Shown here: piece by piece, positions 39,301 through 52,000 of the stretch | How the letters are laid out: the number at the start of each line of letters is the position of its first letter | How positions within the stretch are numbered: position 1 is the first letter of the stretch | DNA from: Paragordius varius | Taxonomy: Eukaryota; Animalia; Nematomorpha | Reading direction: 5' to 3' | NCBI GenBank assembly: GCA_964247055.1 | Contig: OZ176057.1 | Coordinates: 5,580,001 to 5,644,000, forward strand | Length of the DNA stretch: 64,000 nt | Made by a program: the position numbers and the translations under genes | Notes under the pieces: model-generated | What the model was told of the DNA's origin: nothing | The model's database searches: none | What the model saw: the letters and a program-made list of their open reading frames with translations, nothing else

Positions 39301-42300
39301 CACAGCTGTATTGAGGTTAATAAACTTCATAATCAACCTCTTTTAATGTTATAACAAGTGTAAAAATGTTTATTTTAAAAGAAAAACTAGATTTTAACCT
39401 TATGAATTTTATTTTATACGGGTTTAAATTGTAATTAATAAATGAATGATATTAATGATTTGGTGGGTGAATATTTTAAAATCTTTATAAAAATATACTA
39501 GAATAGGATATTTTGCATATTTTATGGAAATCAATGATTGTAACCAATAAGTGATTAATTTTAGTGATGATGATATACAGTATGAAGCTAGAAAGTTATT
39601 AATTTCATTGTCAAATAGCTTATACAACAAAGGGCAGTATTATTGGCTTATAATTATTTTTTTCGCTTTTTACTATTTAATAAGTCAATAATACTCTTTG
39701 CTGCATATGCTATTCAATTAATAACTTTCTAGCAATATATACTTACTCTTATTTTTTAGCTCAATCTAATATAGGATGAAGTAGTTTATTTGAAGATATA
39801 CCTACATAGTTTCTAACATAATATATTTCTATAAATACAGTGTTGCAGGTAGTTCATAACTTTTATTATATTATATTTTTATAAAAATATTTATTTAATA
39901 AACTGTTTTAAATTATCATGTATTTTTATAAAATTAAACTCTAATTTTATAATATACCATTTACAGTTCAAATTCACCATGGAACAATTTAAATTCACCC
40001 TCGGACAAACCAACCCTAAAATAAATTATATGCTTATTAATGTTAAAATAATATTTTTAAAAAATAATATTTTTTTAAATTATTATAATACTGAAAAAAT
40101 AATAAACTGTACTATAAAAATATATTTTATATCAATAATGAGTTATATTAGCCCGAAAACACATAATTTATTTTTAGGGTGTATTTGAACTGTAAATGTA
40201 ATACCATACAAAAAATTTTAAGCTGTTTTTAAACGGAAAAATATTTTCTTTGTTCGATAAGAATCGACCAAATTCATATTTATAATTATTATATTACATA
40301 TTCCATGTAGCAAATATTTATATATTAAATAATACTTATTTTAGCCGAACATTATAAAGTAACTAACTATAAGTTGATTTAAAATTTTTAATCAACGAAA
40401 AAAATAATTATAAACTATTATAAAAAGATTCATTTAGCTTGCAATGAAATCGCCGCAGCCAATACAATGTGGCCTAATTGTAGAATCCCAGATGTTGAAA
40501 AGTAAACTACAGTAAAAATTGAAATTATACGGACAAAACGTATTAAAAATAAAGACAAATATTTTTTTATAAGAACGTCTTACTTTATAAACTGTTTTTT
40601 TTATAAACACATTTTTTTAGACTGCAAATTATGAATAGACGTATAAATTAGTGACACAATTAATATTTCAAAACTGTAATAAACAGGTTATGTGGTTAAG
40701 ATTAAAAAAGTATGGTCGTCTTTCGAAAAAAATTGTCTTTTAAATTTTACATTTTGTCCGTATAATTTCAAAATTTATCATTTTTAATTAACATTCATTT
40801 TCTTGTCTTTTTTTCAAAATTATAATTAATAAGCGATTTGTTAATAATTTAAAATAATTTTTATGTTTCTCAATTTTAATAAGAATTTTAAATTTTGCAC
40901 CGGGGCAAAATATATGCATATTTTAGTTATATTCAACAAAGATTAAATTATTTAAAATTATCAATGAGCCTATTAGTTCATATGAGAAAATCTATTTTAA
41001 ACGTTTTACAGTAAAAATTGATATCATACTATGGACTAACGTGAAAATATAAAGACAAATATTTTTTTCAAATGACAACCCCATACTTTGACAAATCTTG
41101 CTTTTTCCATATAAGCCATTTAATGTAAAATATGTAATGATTGTGAGTAATATACATTTCTATTTGACACTTGCAATATTAAATAATGAATTTTATTGAA
41201 AAAAATAAGATTTAAAAAGTAGTATGGGGTTGTCTTTTAGAAAAAAATATTTGTCTTTATATTATTACGTTTTGTCCGTATAATTTTTAAAATTTTTACT
41301 GAAAATTTCAATTGTAATTATATAATGATTGGGTTCCAATTTATTTCTCTATAATACTTTACAGTTTAAATTATATGGAAAAGAATTAGTTTATGGCTGT
41401 TTAAAAAAACATTTTTACATTCTGTGTGTACCTTAAAATTTTACAGTATGCATTTTAATGGTTGCTTTTTCACACTATAATTGGGCAATTTGCAACACAG
41501 TAGTGTATGGAAAAAAGAAGGGAAATAATTGTTTATTCGACATTTTGTTGTTTTTTCCATTCATTACTGTGTGCTGTTAAAAATAACCCTACTACAGTGT
41601 AAAATAAGCAACACTATTAAAATGTATACTGTAATGTAAAATACACCGATTTTTATTGAGACAGAATGAATGAAACAAATTGGTTGCAAATCATAACTTC
41701 GATCGTGACAGCTGATGATTTAAGTAAAAATTTTATTTTATACAGAGCTTATATTTAAAAAGTATGGGCCAAGTCAATTTTACCCCTAAATCTTTAAATA
41801 CACGATTTCCAAGGGCTGAAATCAATAAAAAAATTAAGATATTTTGCAAACATACATTAAAAATTATAGACATAAAGAGTGAAAAATTAATATATAGTTG
41901 TGTAAAAAAAGCCTAAAAATTGAACGATTTTTTTATTCTATAAAATTATCACAGGGATGTCCAACGCAAATCGTGTCGCAATTCGCCTTTTTAACTCAAA
42001 GAACCCGACAGGCTGCATTAAAAATATATATATGGGCATTAATTTTTTATCAATATATCATTTTTATCTAATTCAATGCCAATGGATAAATGTACACAAA
42101 TTTGTTAAAGATATCAATTTTACTGAAAATTTGTAATATTTATGCGAGCCTCATGTTGAATACCCCTGGTTAAATAAGCCCTTAGAATTCCTAGATTCCA
42201 ATTTAAATTCCTATTTTGCTTTTTTGAAATAGGAATATTAGATAACTATTTTAAAACATATTTACATAATAATACTCAAAATTATAAAACCATGTGTTTC

Positions 42301-43475
42301 TATGTTTTACGATATAGATAAAACTAGGATAATTGGGCGAAATCGAGACATGAAAACGTTAGAATTCCCATTTTATGTATGTATGATAATATATTTAATT
42401 TAACTTTTTAGTATTAAATATAAGTTAGAAATTATATAGATAAAAGGTCTAAAACATTAAGAATATTTTTTAAAAACAACCCCATACTTTTAATTTCTTG
42501 ATTTTTTCTAATATAACTCATTGTTTTAATTGGCAAATTATAAAAAAGATAATGTATATTGGTACATAATAAATAATATATTTTGTATTAAATGACTTCC
42601 ATAAAAAAAATTCGCTTCAAAATGGTTGTTTTTTGAAACCAAAATTTTTGTTTTTTTATTAGTAATTACAAGTTTTATCCGTATTATAGTGTGGATTTTA
42701 ATGAATGGTTGCTTATTTCACACTATAGTATGGCGATTCGCAACATAGGAATGTATATGGAAAAAACAATCAACAAAATATTTAAAAAACAATTTATTCC
42801 TTTTTTTTTACATACAATCCTACTAAATACACAACTATTGTGTGAAATAAGCAACCATTCATTAAAATGCATACTGTGTAATATATAAATTTTTACAGTA
42901 AAAACTGAAATTATAATACGGAGAAAACGTAAAAATATAAAGAAAAATATTTTTTTCTAAAAGATAGACATACTTTTTAAATCTTGATTTGTTTCAATAT
43001 AATTCATTTTTTAAATGGCAAAGTATGAAATAGAGATATATATATATATATATATTACTAACACAATCGATTCTAGATTTTACGATTGTAACTAAATAGC
43101 TTATAGGGAAAAAATTAAAGGTTTAAAAAGTATGGTGGTTGTTTTTTAGAGAAAAAAATATTTGTCTTTATATTTTACGTTTTTTGTCCATCCGTATAAT
43201 TTCAATTTTTACACTGTACTGTATTTTCACTTATCTAGCTTTGTCCAGCCGCCAAGTTAATTACTTATGAAATATATTGCGTCCTGGGTATTTTTCGTAA
43301 TAAAGAACCCATCTATATAAAAAATTACACGCATTTCCAGGATATGTTTAAACATATTGTACCGTATGGGACGAATGAATATATCGAATTGCAAAGTACA
43401 CTTAAAAAACAGTCTCAACACAAATACAATGCCATCGATAAACTCTTGAATGAATGGGGAAATAAATTAACATAA
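33353..43475 (+). CDS. Paralogue 1 of an unidentified secreted-protein gene; exons 33353-33427, 34329-34423, 37567-37625, 37660-37712, 37998-38068, 38465-38601, 39841-39848, 40438-40501, 41665-41723, 42318-42376, 43239-43475; 1-nt deletion in the A-run after the ATG
   Basis: The nine 3' exons are phase-compatible and stop-free, with mostly synonymous differences to paralogue 2; exon 1 is 75 nt vs 76 nt (recent lesion or homopolymer error); the exon 2 to exon 3 link is inferred. Confidence 0.65.
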
Positions 43476-43974
43476 TATTATGATTAAATATAAATATATT
43501 TTTTGGGACAATTTAAACTATTTTTTCATTAAAAAAATAGATCAATTATACCATGAAGAGAGTGAGTGTTTATAATTTCGTATATAATTGTTAATAAATT
43601 ACCAAATATTTATATTAAATTCCTCAAACGTTAACCAATGTCCGGTTAAAATAAAAAGTTAACTACAAATATTTTAAAAACAAGTGGATTTTCAACTACA
43701 TAAAACTATGTAATTCTTAATTATATGTTTGAATATATAGATTCAACCCCATTTCATAACCCAAAAGAATATTAAAAATTACGTTCCGTATAATTTTAAT
43801 TTAAACTGTATGTCGTCGTTTTGTCTTTCCATATAATTTCAATTTTTAGTATACCATTTGCACTTCAAGAGTGTCTTTAACACTTCAAGTTGGTCGTTTA
43901 AAATTTCTAAATTTTGATTTAACCATAATTTTTGCCTGTATTTTTTTATTTATAGATTAAAATAAACACCCAAC

Positions 43975-43990
43975 AGCCCTTTTTAGGGCT
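43975..43990 (+). promoter_or_regulatory. Orphan H2B-type histone stem-loop with no histone CDS upstream
   Basis: About 43950-44140 aligns to the H2B 3' flank (about 18965-19170), including AGCCCTTTTTAGGGCTACCTATACATG and AATAAA; preceded by a B2 MITE end (43851-43950). Confidence 0.9.
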
Positions 43991-45080
43991 ACCTATACAT
44001 GTACATTCAATAAATGTTTCAATTAGTTAATATTTGTTTTACACCATTTATATAATAAGTAGTCTTGTGTTTGCTAAGTTATCTAGTACATCTGTTCGTT
44101 CTCTTCCTTTATCGGATTTTGAACCTTAAGTAGTCTTCCGGGATAACAATAGAATGCATTCAAAAATGATTTTGCCAACTATCAACGGCACATAGAATTA
44201 GGTAATTGTATAGAAAGATATAAAGTTAAAGAATGGACATACGTACTCAGTTGTGTTTTTATTTCTCAGTTTTTTATAAATCATAGATTGTAAAAACCAA
44301 TATTATACCATTTACAAAATTCAAATTAACCCTTGAATAATTCAAATTCACCCTCAACAATATAAATTCACCCTAGTCAATTTAAATTCACCCTAAAAAT
44401 ATATGTGTTTTGGGGATAATATAGCTCATCATTAATATGAAATATATTTTTATGACATTTCTTATTTTTTCAGCTTATATTAATTTTAGACAGAATTTCA
44501 TATTTTAAAAATATTATAAAATAAAGGAAATTTTTAATCTTAAAAAACACATAATTAATTTTAGGGTGAATTCGAATTGTTTGAGAGTGAATTGGAATTG
44601 TTCAAGGGTGAATTTGATTTTTTCAATGGTGAATTTGAACCGTTAATGGTATATAATATGAACGGATACTAAAAACTACATAATCTATAATGTACACTCC
44701 TTATACTACTATTTTTACAATACACTATTTGTTTAAATAAGGGTAAACAAGCCGCATTAAAGTACATATAGGTTAAAATAAATTAATATTGTTGTTTCAA
44801 CTTGTACAGTAACGTATGGTAACAAACAACAAATGTATAAAAATAATCATCATTTTTCCCTATTATTATACAATTTTGATATATTTAATTATAAGCAAAC
44901 GTTGTTTTATGCCATACGCTACTGTATATTATGTTAAATCAATTTAACGGATATGAACTCACATTATGTGTTGTTTGTCCTATAAATATATATATATATA
45001 TATATGTTTATACAGGATTATATATGCTTTAAATTTGTAGTTTGCTAGCTAATTATTACTCTAAAGATTAAAAAAGCACA

Positions 45081-46002
45081 ATGCACAAAAACCAGATTTT
45101 TATTTTAATCATTATCTTAATCATTCCAAACACCGTATGTGTTGCAATAATTACAGGTAAATTTGACATTATATTTTGAGGATTATTTGATAATTTTTTT
45201 ACTTTATTCAAGAATTAGCATGCCCTTTTTAGCCCAGAGGCGCACAGTTGAAAGGGTGCCGAATTTTAAAATTGTTTAATATTATTACAAAAAATAGGTA
45301 TTTCAAAGTTATTATTTTATTTATGAGTGGTCATGACCACGGTTTGAAGTTTAAGTCATATTAGCCATTTATATCAAGTGTTAAATAATTTCTTTTAATG
45401 GGTATCTAATTTCGAGCGGATAACATATAAAAATCATGATATATATTATATAATGAGGAGACAAATTTAGAAACATGCATTCTATCAATTGGGCGCGTAA
45501 TTCAATTAAAAATATTTTTTACTAAAAGTTAGTATGCATCTCAATCTACCCGCCAAAAATAATACTTTTGATTTTATTATGTGGCGAAAGAAACTGGCAT
45601 ATACAGTAAAAACTGAAATTATACAGACAAAACGTAAAAATATAAAGACAAATATTTTTTTCTAAAAAATAACCATACTTATTTAATCTTGATTATTTAT
45701 ATAAAACTCAATTTTAAACTCTAAAGAATAGATGTATATTGGTAACACAATTAATTACATATATTACGATTGCTATTGATTGATTATAATAGGATAAATT
45801 ATGGTTGTCTTTAAAAAAAGTCTTTATATTTTTAAGTTTTGTCCGTATAGTTTCAATATTTAGTGTAAGGTATTTTATTAAAAATATAATTAGTAACTAG
45901 TAAATATTTTGATTCTACTTTGACACCAAACTTCCGATAATAATTTATAAATTATTTTTTAAATTAAATTATAATATCTATAAATCGTCGTAATAATAAC
46001 TC

Positions 46003-46050
<48 letters not shown>

Positions 46051-49000
46051 TAAAAATTGAATATACGGACAAAATGTAATAAAGACAAAACCACACTTTT
46101 AAAACTTTAATTTTTCTCATATAGGCTATTTAATTATAATTGTAAATCTAGAATTAATAGTGTTAGTAAAATAACTCTCTATTTCTGGTTCAACCATTTA
46201 AAACAAGTTACATTGAAAGAATACAAAATTTATATAGTATGGTTGTCATTAAGAAAAAAATAGTTGTCTTTATATTTATACATTTTGTCCGTATAATTTT
46301 AGTTTTTACTCTATCTATATAATATAACATAATTATATATTATTTTATTAGGTACTGTAACAAAATTTAGTCAATCAACTACGTTTTTGCTGAAATCTCA
46401 AAGAGATATAAATTTAAATAGCGGGCATAAATCTTATAAATTGGTAAGCTTTAAAGTAAATTATTAATTTATTAAAACCATAAAGATATCATAAATTATA
46501 ATGATATCAAGAAGGAAAAAAAACTAATACTAAAAATTTATTATGATCTTTGGGGTAAAACAAAAATTTAAATGATAACCACTCAATTTTTTATTTGACT
46601 TATATAATCGATTGATTGGTTTATATAATAAACGGAAAAATTAGAGACAAATTATATGATTATCATTAAAAAAATATGGTTATTTATGATGTTTATGATT
46701 ATAGAAGGGGAATACTGGTGAGGTTTGTACTGGACAATAGATGTTAATCATAATCCAATAATTAACTTACAAAAACCCTAAGGAAATGCTAATAAGCAAT
46801 TGGATATTAAAAAAGATTTAAAAAATTACACAAGCCTAAACAGTTGGCTTTCTAAAATGATATTTGAATAGGATTTAACAAAGTAAAAGTCTTTTATCAT
46901 ACATGTTTTAATATGAAAAAAATTTTCATTTCATAGCTAATTCCGATAATAAGAGTTTTCACAATATGAGATACTTAAACTGTTCTCTTTTAACACTCTA
47001 CAAACATTTTGGGGTAGTTTTGTATCATACAGCCATTTGAAATTTGAATATTTTAAATATATTTAAAATTACGGCGAATTTATAAATATGCTTTCTTTAG
47101 TCTTTTAAGCGCATTAAATTTTTTTTAAAAATGCAAAATTGTATAACATCATCTCAAACTTTTCTGCCGCCATTTTTTTCTAATTTTTAATCGCTAATGA
47201 AACAGGCAAAAATATGTATATTATGGTTAGAAAATGTAAATAATTAACTTTAGGAATTTTTCAAGCTACATTTTAGAAGCAAAAACTTAAATATATTTTG
47301 CCTTTAATATCAGCTGTTCGTTTGAGTCGTGTTTTGTGTCCTAATTTTAGACTCTAGCAGTCACAAAAGAAAACATTAGCTTTAAATTAAATTTTGACTA
47401 AATTGACATTCAAAACTGTAGTTAATTTATAAAATTGATTTCTGGGATACTAAACTACCCCAAAAGGTAAACTAGGACAAAAAAGTAAAAAGGTGATAAA
47501 GTGTAAATCAATAAAAATGAAAAATTATATTTACGCAACAATTTGTAGCCTCTGAATCCAATAATAATTATTTTATTTGAAAAATGAGAAAGAAATCCCT
47601 GCTAAATTAGTAAGTTTATCTGCCTCACAATACATAAATTTTTTTTTGATATAAATAACACTTACTTGCTAAAAATATGGATTCCATGGTTTTTAGCGCA
47701 TTTACATTTTTTAAAAATATTATTTATGAAATACCTAATTAAAACCTTCAATTTTTATTTTACATTGCAAAAAACTTTTTATTTCGCTTCATAAATCTTT
47801 TGGAGGGACAATTGACAATTATTTTTATAAGTGTTTGTTAGAGTTACAGGGCTATTAAAACGCCTATAAAATAAGTTTATTAGATTTGTAGCTAAATTAT
47901 TTTAATATTTATAAACCAGCCTCTTGGATTTAATATAAAATCTCACAAAAAATTTGGCCTGAAAAACCATAAATGCTTATTTATTATATCACCATCTTTA
48001 TTTTTATTTATGCAATAAAAACTGAATTAACGGACAAAATGTAAAGAGATAAAGACAAATTTTGCTGACAACAACCTCATACTTTTTAAATCTTGATTTT
48101 TTAAAAATAACTCATTGTTTTAAATTGCAAAGTATGAAATCGATGAGTGTCTTTGTAAAACAATCTATTATATATATTTTGTAGTTGTAGCTTTATAAAT
48201 TATACGAATGGTTTGAAAAGTAAGGGTGAAACAATTTGTTTTGATATATCTACGTTATGTCCGTATAATTTTAATTTTTCTCCATATAATGGTGAATACC
48301 TCTCTATAAATAGCGCACCGAAGTATAAGTTGGTTCTTTATTTGCATATTATTTTTTATCTGTAAAAAAACGGAAATCAATAAATTTAAATATAAACACC
48401 CAAAGTGACTTGTGCTACACAATCTCTTAATAAAACGTTAAATTTTAACAACGTTAATAAAAAATCTTCATAATAGAGCTGCCCTCTATTTATCAATATA
48501 TAATTTTTACAAATAATTTACATATATTAAATTAAAATAATTTTGCTCAATTTATAATTGCTTCCGATTGCTGTTTTAACAAATATAATTTTTATGAAAA
48601 AGGCTCGAAATGCACCATTTATACGATTTACACTTCAAAAATATCCTTAAACATGTCTAGTTAATCCTTGAACATTTAAGACAATTTTATTTTGTTAACT
48701 TTTATTAATAAACCATGTAGGGATATAAACAAAACCGTTTTTGGTTTCACCTTTAAACATATTTAATTTTAGTTATTTGTAATTTGCGTTTATCAACTGA
48801 TAACCTACTTAATCTCTTGAATATATTAAATATGAAAAAAGAGAGATTTAAAAAAAACTATTATTTTAAAATAAATATTCATTATAAAATTGCAAATCCA
48901 ATTATCTCGTTTCCGCAATATACGGATTCAATTAGCTGATGTACTGATAATGATCGTAATTTTAGATTCGAAACATTAGTTATTGTGTTTTATTTTTAAA

Positions 49001-52000
49001 ATAATGCCATGTATTATAATAATTAATATTGTGATAATCTAATATTGTAAATTTATTATGTTTAAATGAGTTTAGATCGGGGATGCTGAATATGCTGCCC
49101 TTTGACACTTTATGTGCGGCCTGCGAAAAATCTTGATATCCATAATTTATAGGACATTTGCTCATAAATCTTAGTAAAACCAACATTTTTTAAACAATTT
49201 TTCTAATTTTGCCCATTCTAATGGCAAGAATTAGAAAAAGTTGTTTGTTGAGTTTTACAGTTATTATATATTTCAAATTTATTATATAGTGCCCAATATT
49301 TGCGGCCCGCACCATTTGTACAATACTTTTCATTTTTCTTATATATCATTTTATAATATTAGCAATCGAAATGTGCAAAATATTCTAAACAAATTCAAAG
49401 ATATACGAAATGCACCAAAAGGTTAGTAATTTGCCTCATCTCAATAATTTTTTAGACTTACCCTAAAGTCCGTTTCCAAAGAGTTATTGTATCCTGTACT
49501 ATCGCAAGGTATTTTTTTCTATTTAGAGATCCAAAATTAAAATTATAAAGACACAACGTAAAAATGCTAAAAAAAATTCCATTCGATTTATATATATATA
49601 TATATATATATATGATCACTATTGTAATTGACTGTTTACCATACAATCCATATCCTATTGTACAAGCCAAACGATACTTTAATCAAGATTTAAAAAATAC
49701 GTGTGTTTTTATTACAAAATAACAAAGTTTTTACCTTTTGCGTTTAATTTATATAATTTAATTTATTTATTTCGTTTTAGGGAAACCAACTTTTATAGTG
49801 TGGAATGATTCACGCTTCATCCATTATCCAAAGGGAAAAGGAAAAACTAAAGTAAAAAAATTTTTTTACTCCTGTTATACTAATTTTTTAAATTTAATGA
49901 TGGTTTAGTAAAAGAAATTATTTTTTAAAAAAAATACTAAATAAATAAACAAATTAATAAATAATTTTATTTCGTCTACGAATTCCTTAAAACTCAAGTT
50001 TTCTCTTTGATTTGATTCCCAATTATCGCTGCCAATTCCTGATCTGTAATAAGCGTTCAAATAAACTTCATATAAAAAATACAAAATAATAATGCCCAAA
50101 TGTTTTTGAATGTGCAAAATCAATATTTTCCATATTCTAACTAAAATACCATTATTAATCCCAGTTATTTTAGCCTGTTTATTTAAATATACCCAAAAAT
50201 AACTTTTAACTCTATTAAAAATTGCTGATCAATATTTACTCCATAGTTATGCCCGAAAATTTCAATTTTGCAATACAATGTTGGCAATCATAGTATCTGC
50301 CGATTAACTCAAGAAACGGGGAAAACAATCAATAAGGGAATTGTTAAAGTCAAAATCCATAATTTACAACAATTTCTTCCCAGGTATTAATTTTATTATT
50401 AGTATTATACTTAAAAAATACCTAAAAAGAATTAACAAAATTATATTATTAAATACTTAATTATTGTATTTACACTATTAGTAAATTAAGATTGCCAACT
50501 ATTTACAAATATTGCCAGATAGTATTATTAATATTTCAATGCGAAAAATACCGTTTAAAGTATGCATCTTAATGGTATTCCACACTATGAATGGACAAAC
50601 TGCAACACAGTAGTGTATGCAGAAAACAACAAAATGTTAAAAAAATAATTTTTTCTTTCTTTTTTTTCCATACACTACTGTGTTGCAAATTTCCCAATAT
50701 AGTGTAAAATAAGCAACCATTAAAATGAACAATGTAATAAAAATAGTTTTAAGTACACAGCTGTATTGAGGTTAATGAACTTCATAATCAACCTTTTTTA
50801 ATGTTATAACAAGTGGAAAAATTGGTTTATTTTGAAAGACAAAAATTTTAACCTTATGAATTTTATTTTACAAGGGTTTTAATTGTAATTTAGAAATAAT
50901 TATTAACGATTTGGTGGGTGAATATTTTAATATCTTTATAAATATATAATAGAATAGGATATTTACATATTTTATGGAAATCAATGATTGTAATCAATAA
51001 GTGATTAATTTTAATGATATTGATATACAGTATGATTAAGTATACATTGCTAAAAAGTTATAAATGATTGTGCCAAATAGCATATACAACAAAGGGAAGT
51101 ATTATTGGCTTTTAGTTATTTTTTTCACTTTTAAACTGAATAATACTCTTTGCTGCATATGCTATTTAGTTAATAACTTTATAGCAGTATATAATTACTC
51201 TTATTTTAAATCTCCATCTAATATAGGATGAAATAGTTAATGACTATTTTATTTAAAAATGTACATACATAGCCTTTTTAATTATAATATTTAAACCAAT
51301 ATAGTGTTGCAGGTATTCTCATAATTTTAATTCTAGGTTTTACATATTTATTTTGACAAACTGTTTTAAATTATTATGTATTTTTATTAAATTTAACTCT
51401 AATTTTATTCTATACCAATTCTTCAAATTCACCCTTGAACAATTCTAATTCACCCTCGAATAAACCGAATTCACTATAAAGTAAATAGTGTTTTTAAAAG
51501 TAAAAATTTTTTAAGAAAATGAAATTTTTTTAAATTAATATAATACTGAAAAAATAATAAACTGTGCCATAAAAATATATTTCATATCAATGATGAGTTA
51601 TATTCGCCCGAAAACACATAATTTATTTTTAGGGTGAATTTGTATTTCGAGGGTGAAATTGTTCGAGGGTGAATTTATACAAAAAATTTAAGTTGTTTCT
51701 AAACGGAAAAATATTTTTTCCTTCGATAAGAATTTAGCGAAATCCTATTTATAATTATTATACTACCTATTCCATGTAGCAAATATTTATATATTAAATA
51801 ATACTTATTTTAGCCGAACATTATAAAGTAACTAACTATAAGTTGATTTAAAATTTTTAATCAAAGAAAAAAATAATTATAAACTATTATAATTTTTTTT
51901 ACAAAAATCACATAAAAAGATTCATTTAGCTTGCAATGAAATCGCCGCAGCCAATACAATGTGGCCCAATTGTAGAATCCCAGATGTTGAAAAGTAAACT

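Larger units (their letters stand above)
31170..43800 (+). repeat. Segmental duplication, copy 1
   Basis: Collinear similarity with 44150-55290 across exons, introns and shared MITEs. Confidence 0.92.

Noticed and set aside
47779-48359. Possible minus-strand gene (RFNSPVTL..., IKNNMQIKNQ...)
   Set aside because: Candidate exons could not be joined in phase and several are broken in one paralogue
49458-49670. Minus-strand exon (YNNSLETDFR followed by GTAAGT) suggesting an antisense gene
   Set aside because: It is the antisense shadow of the plus-strand exon 49456-49508, which has good splice sites and fits in phase with both neighbours
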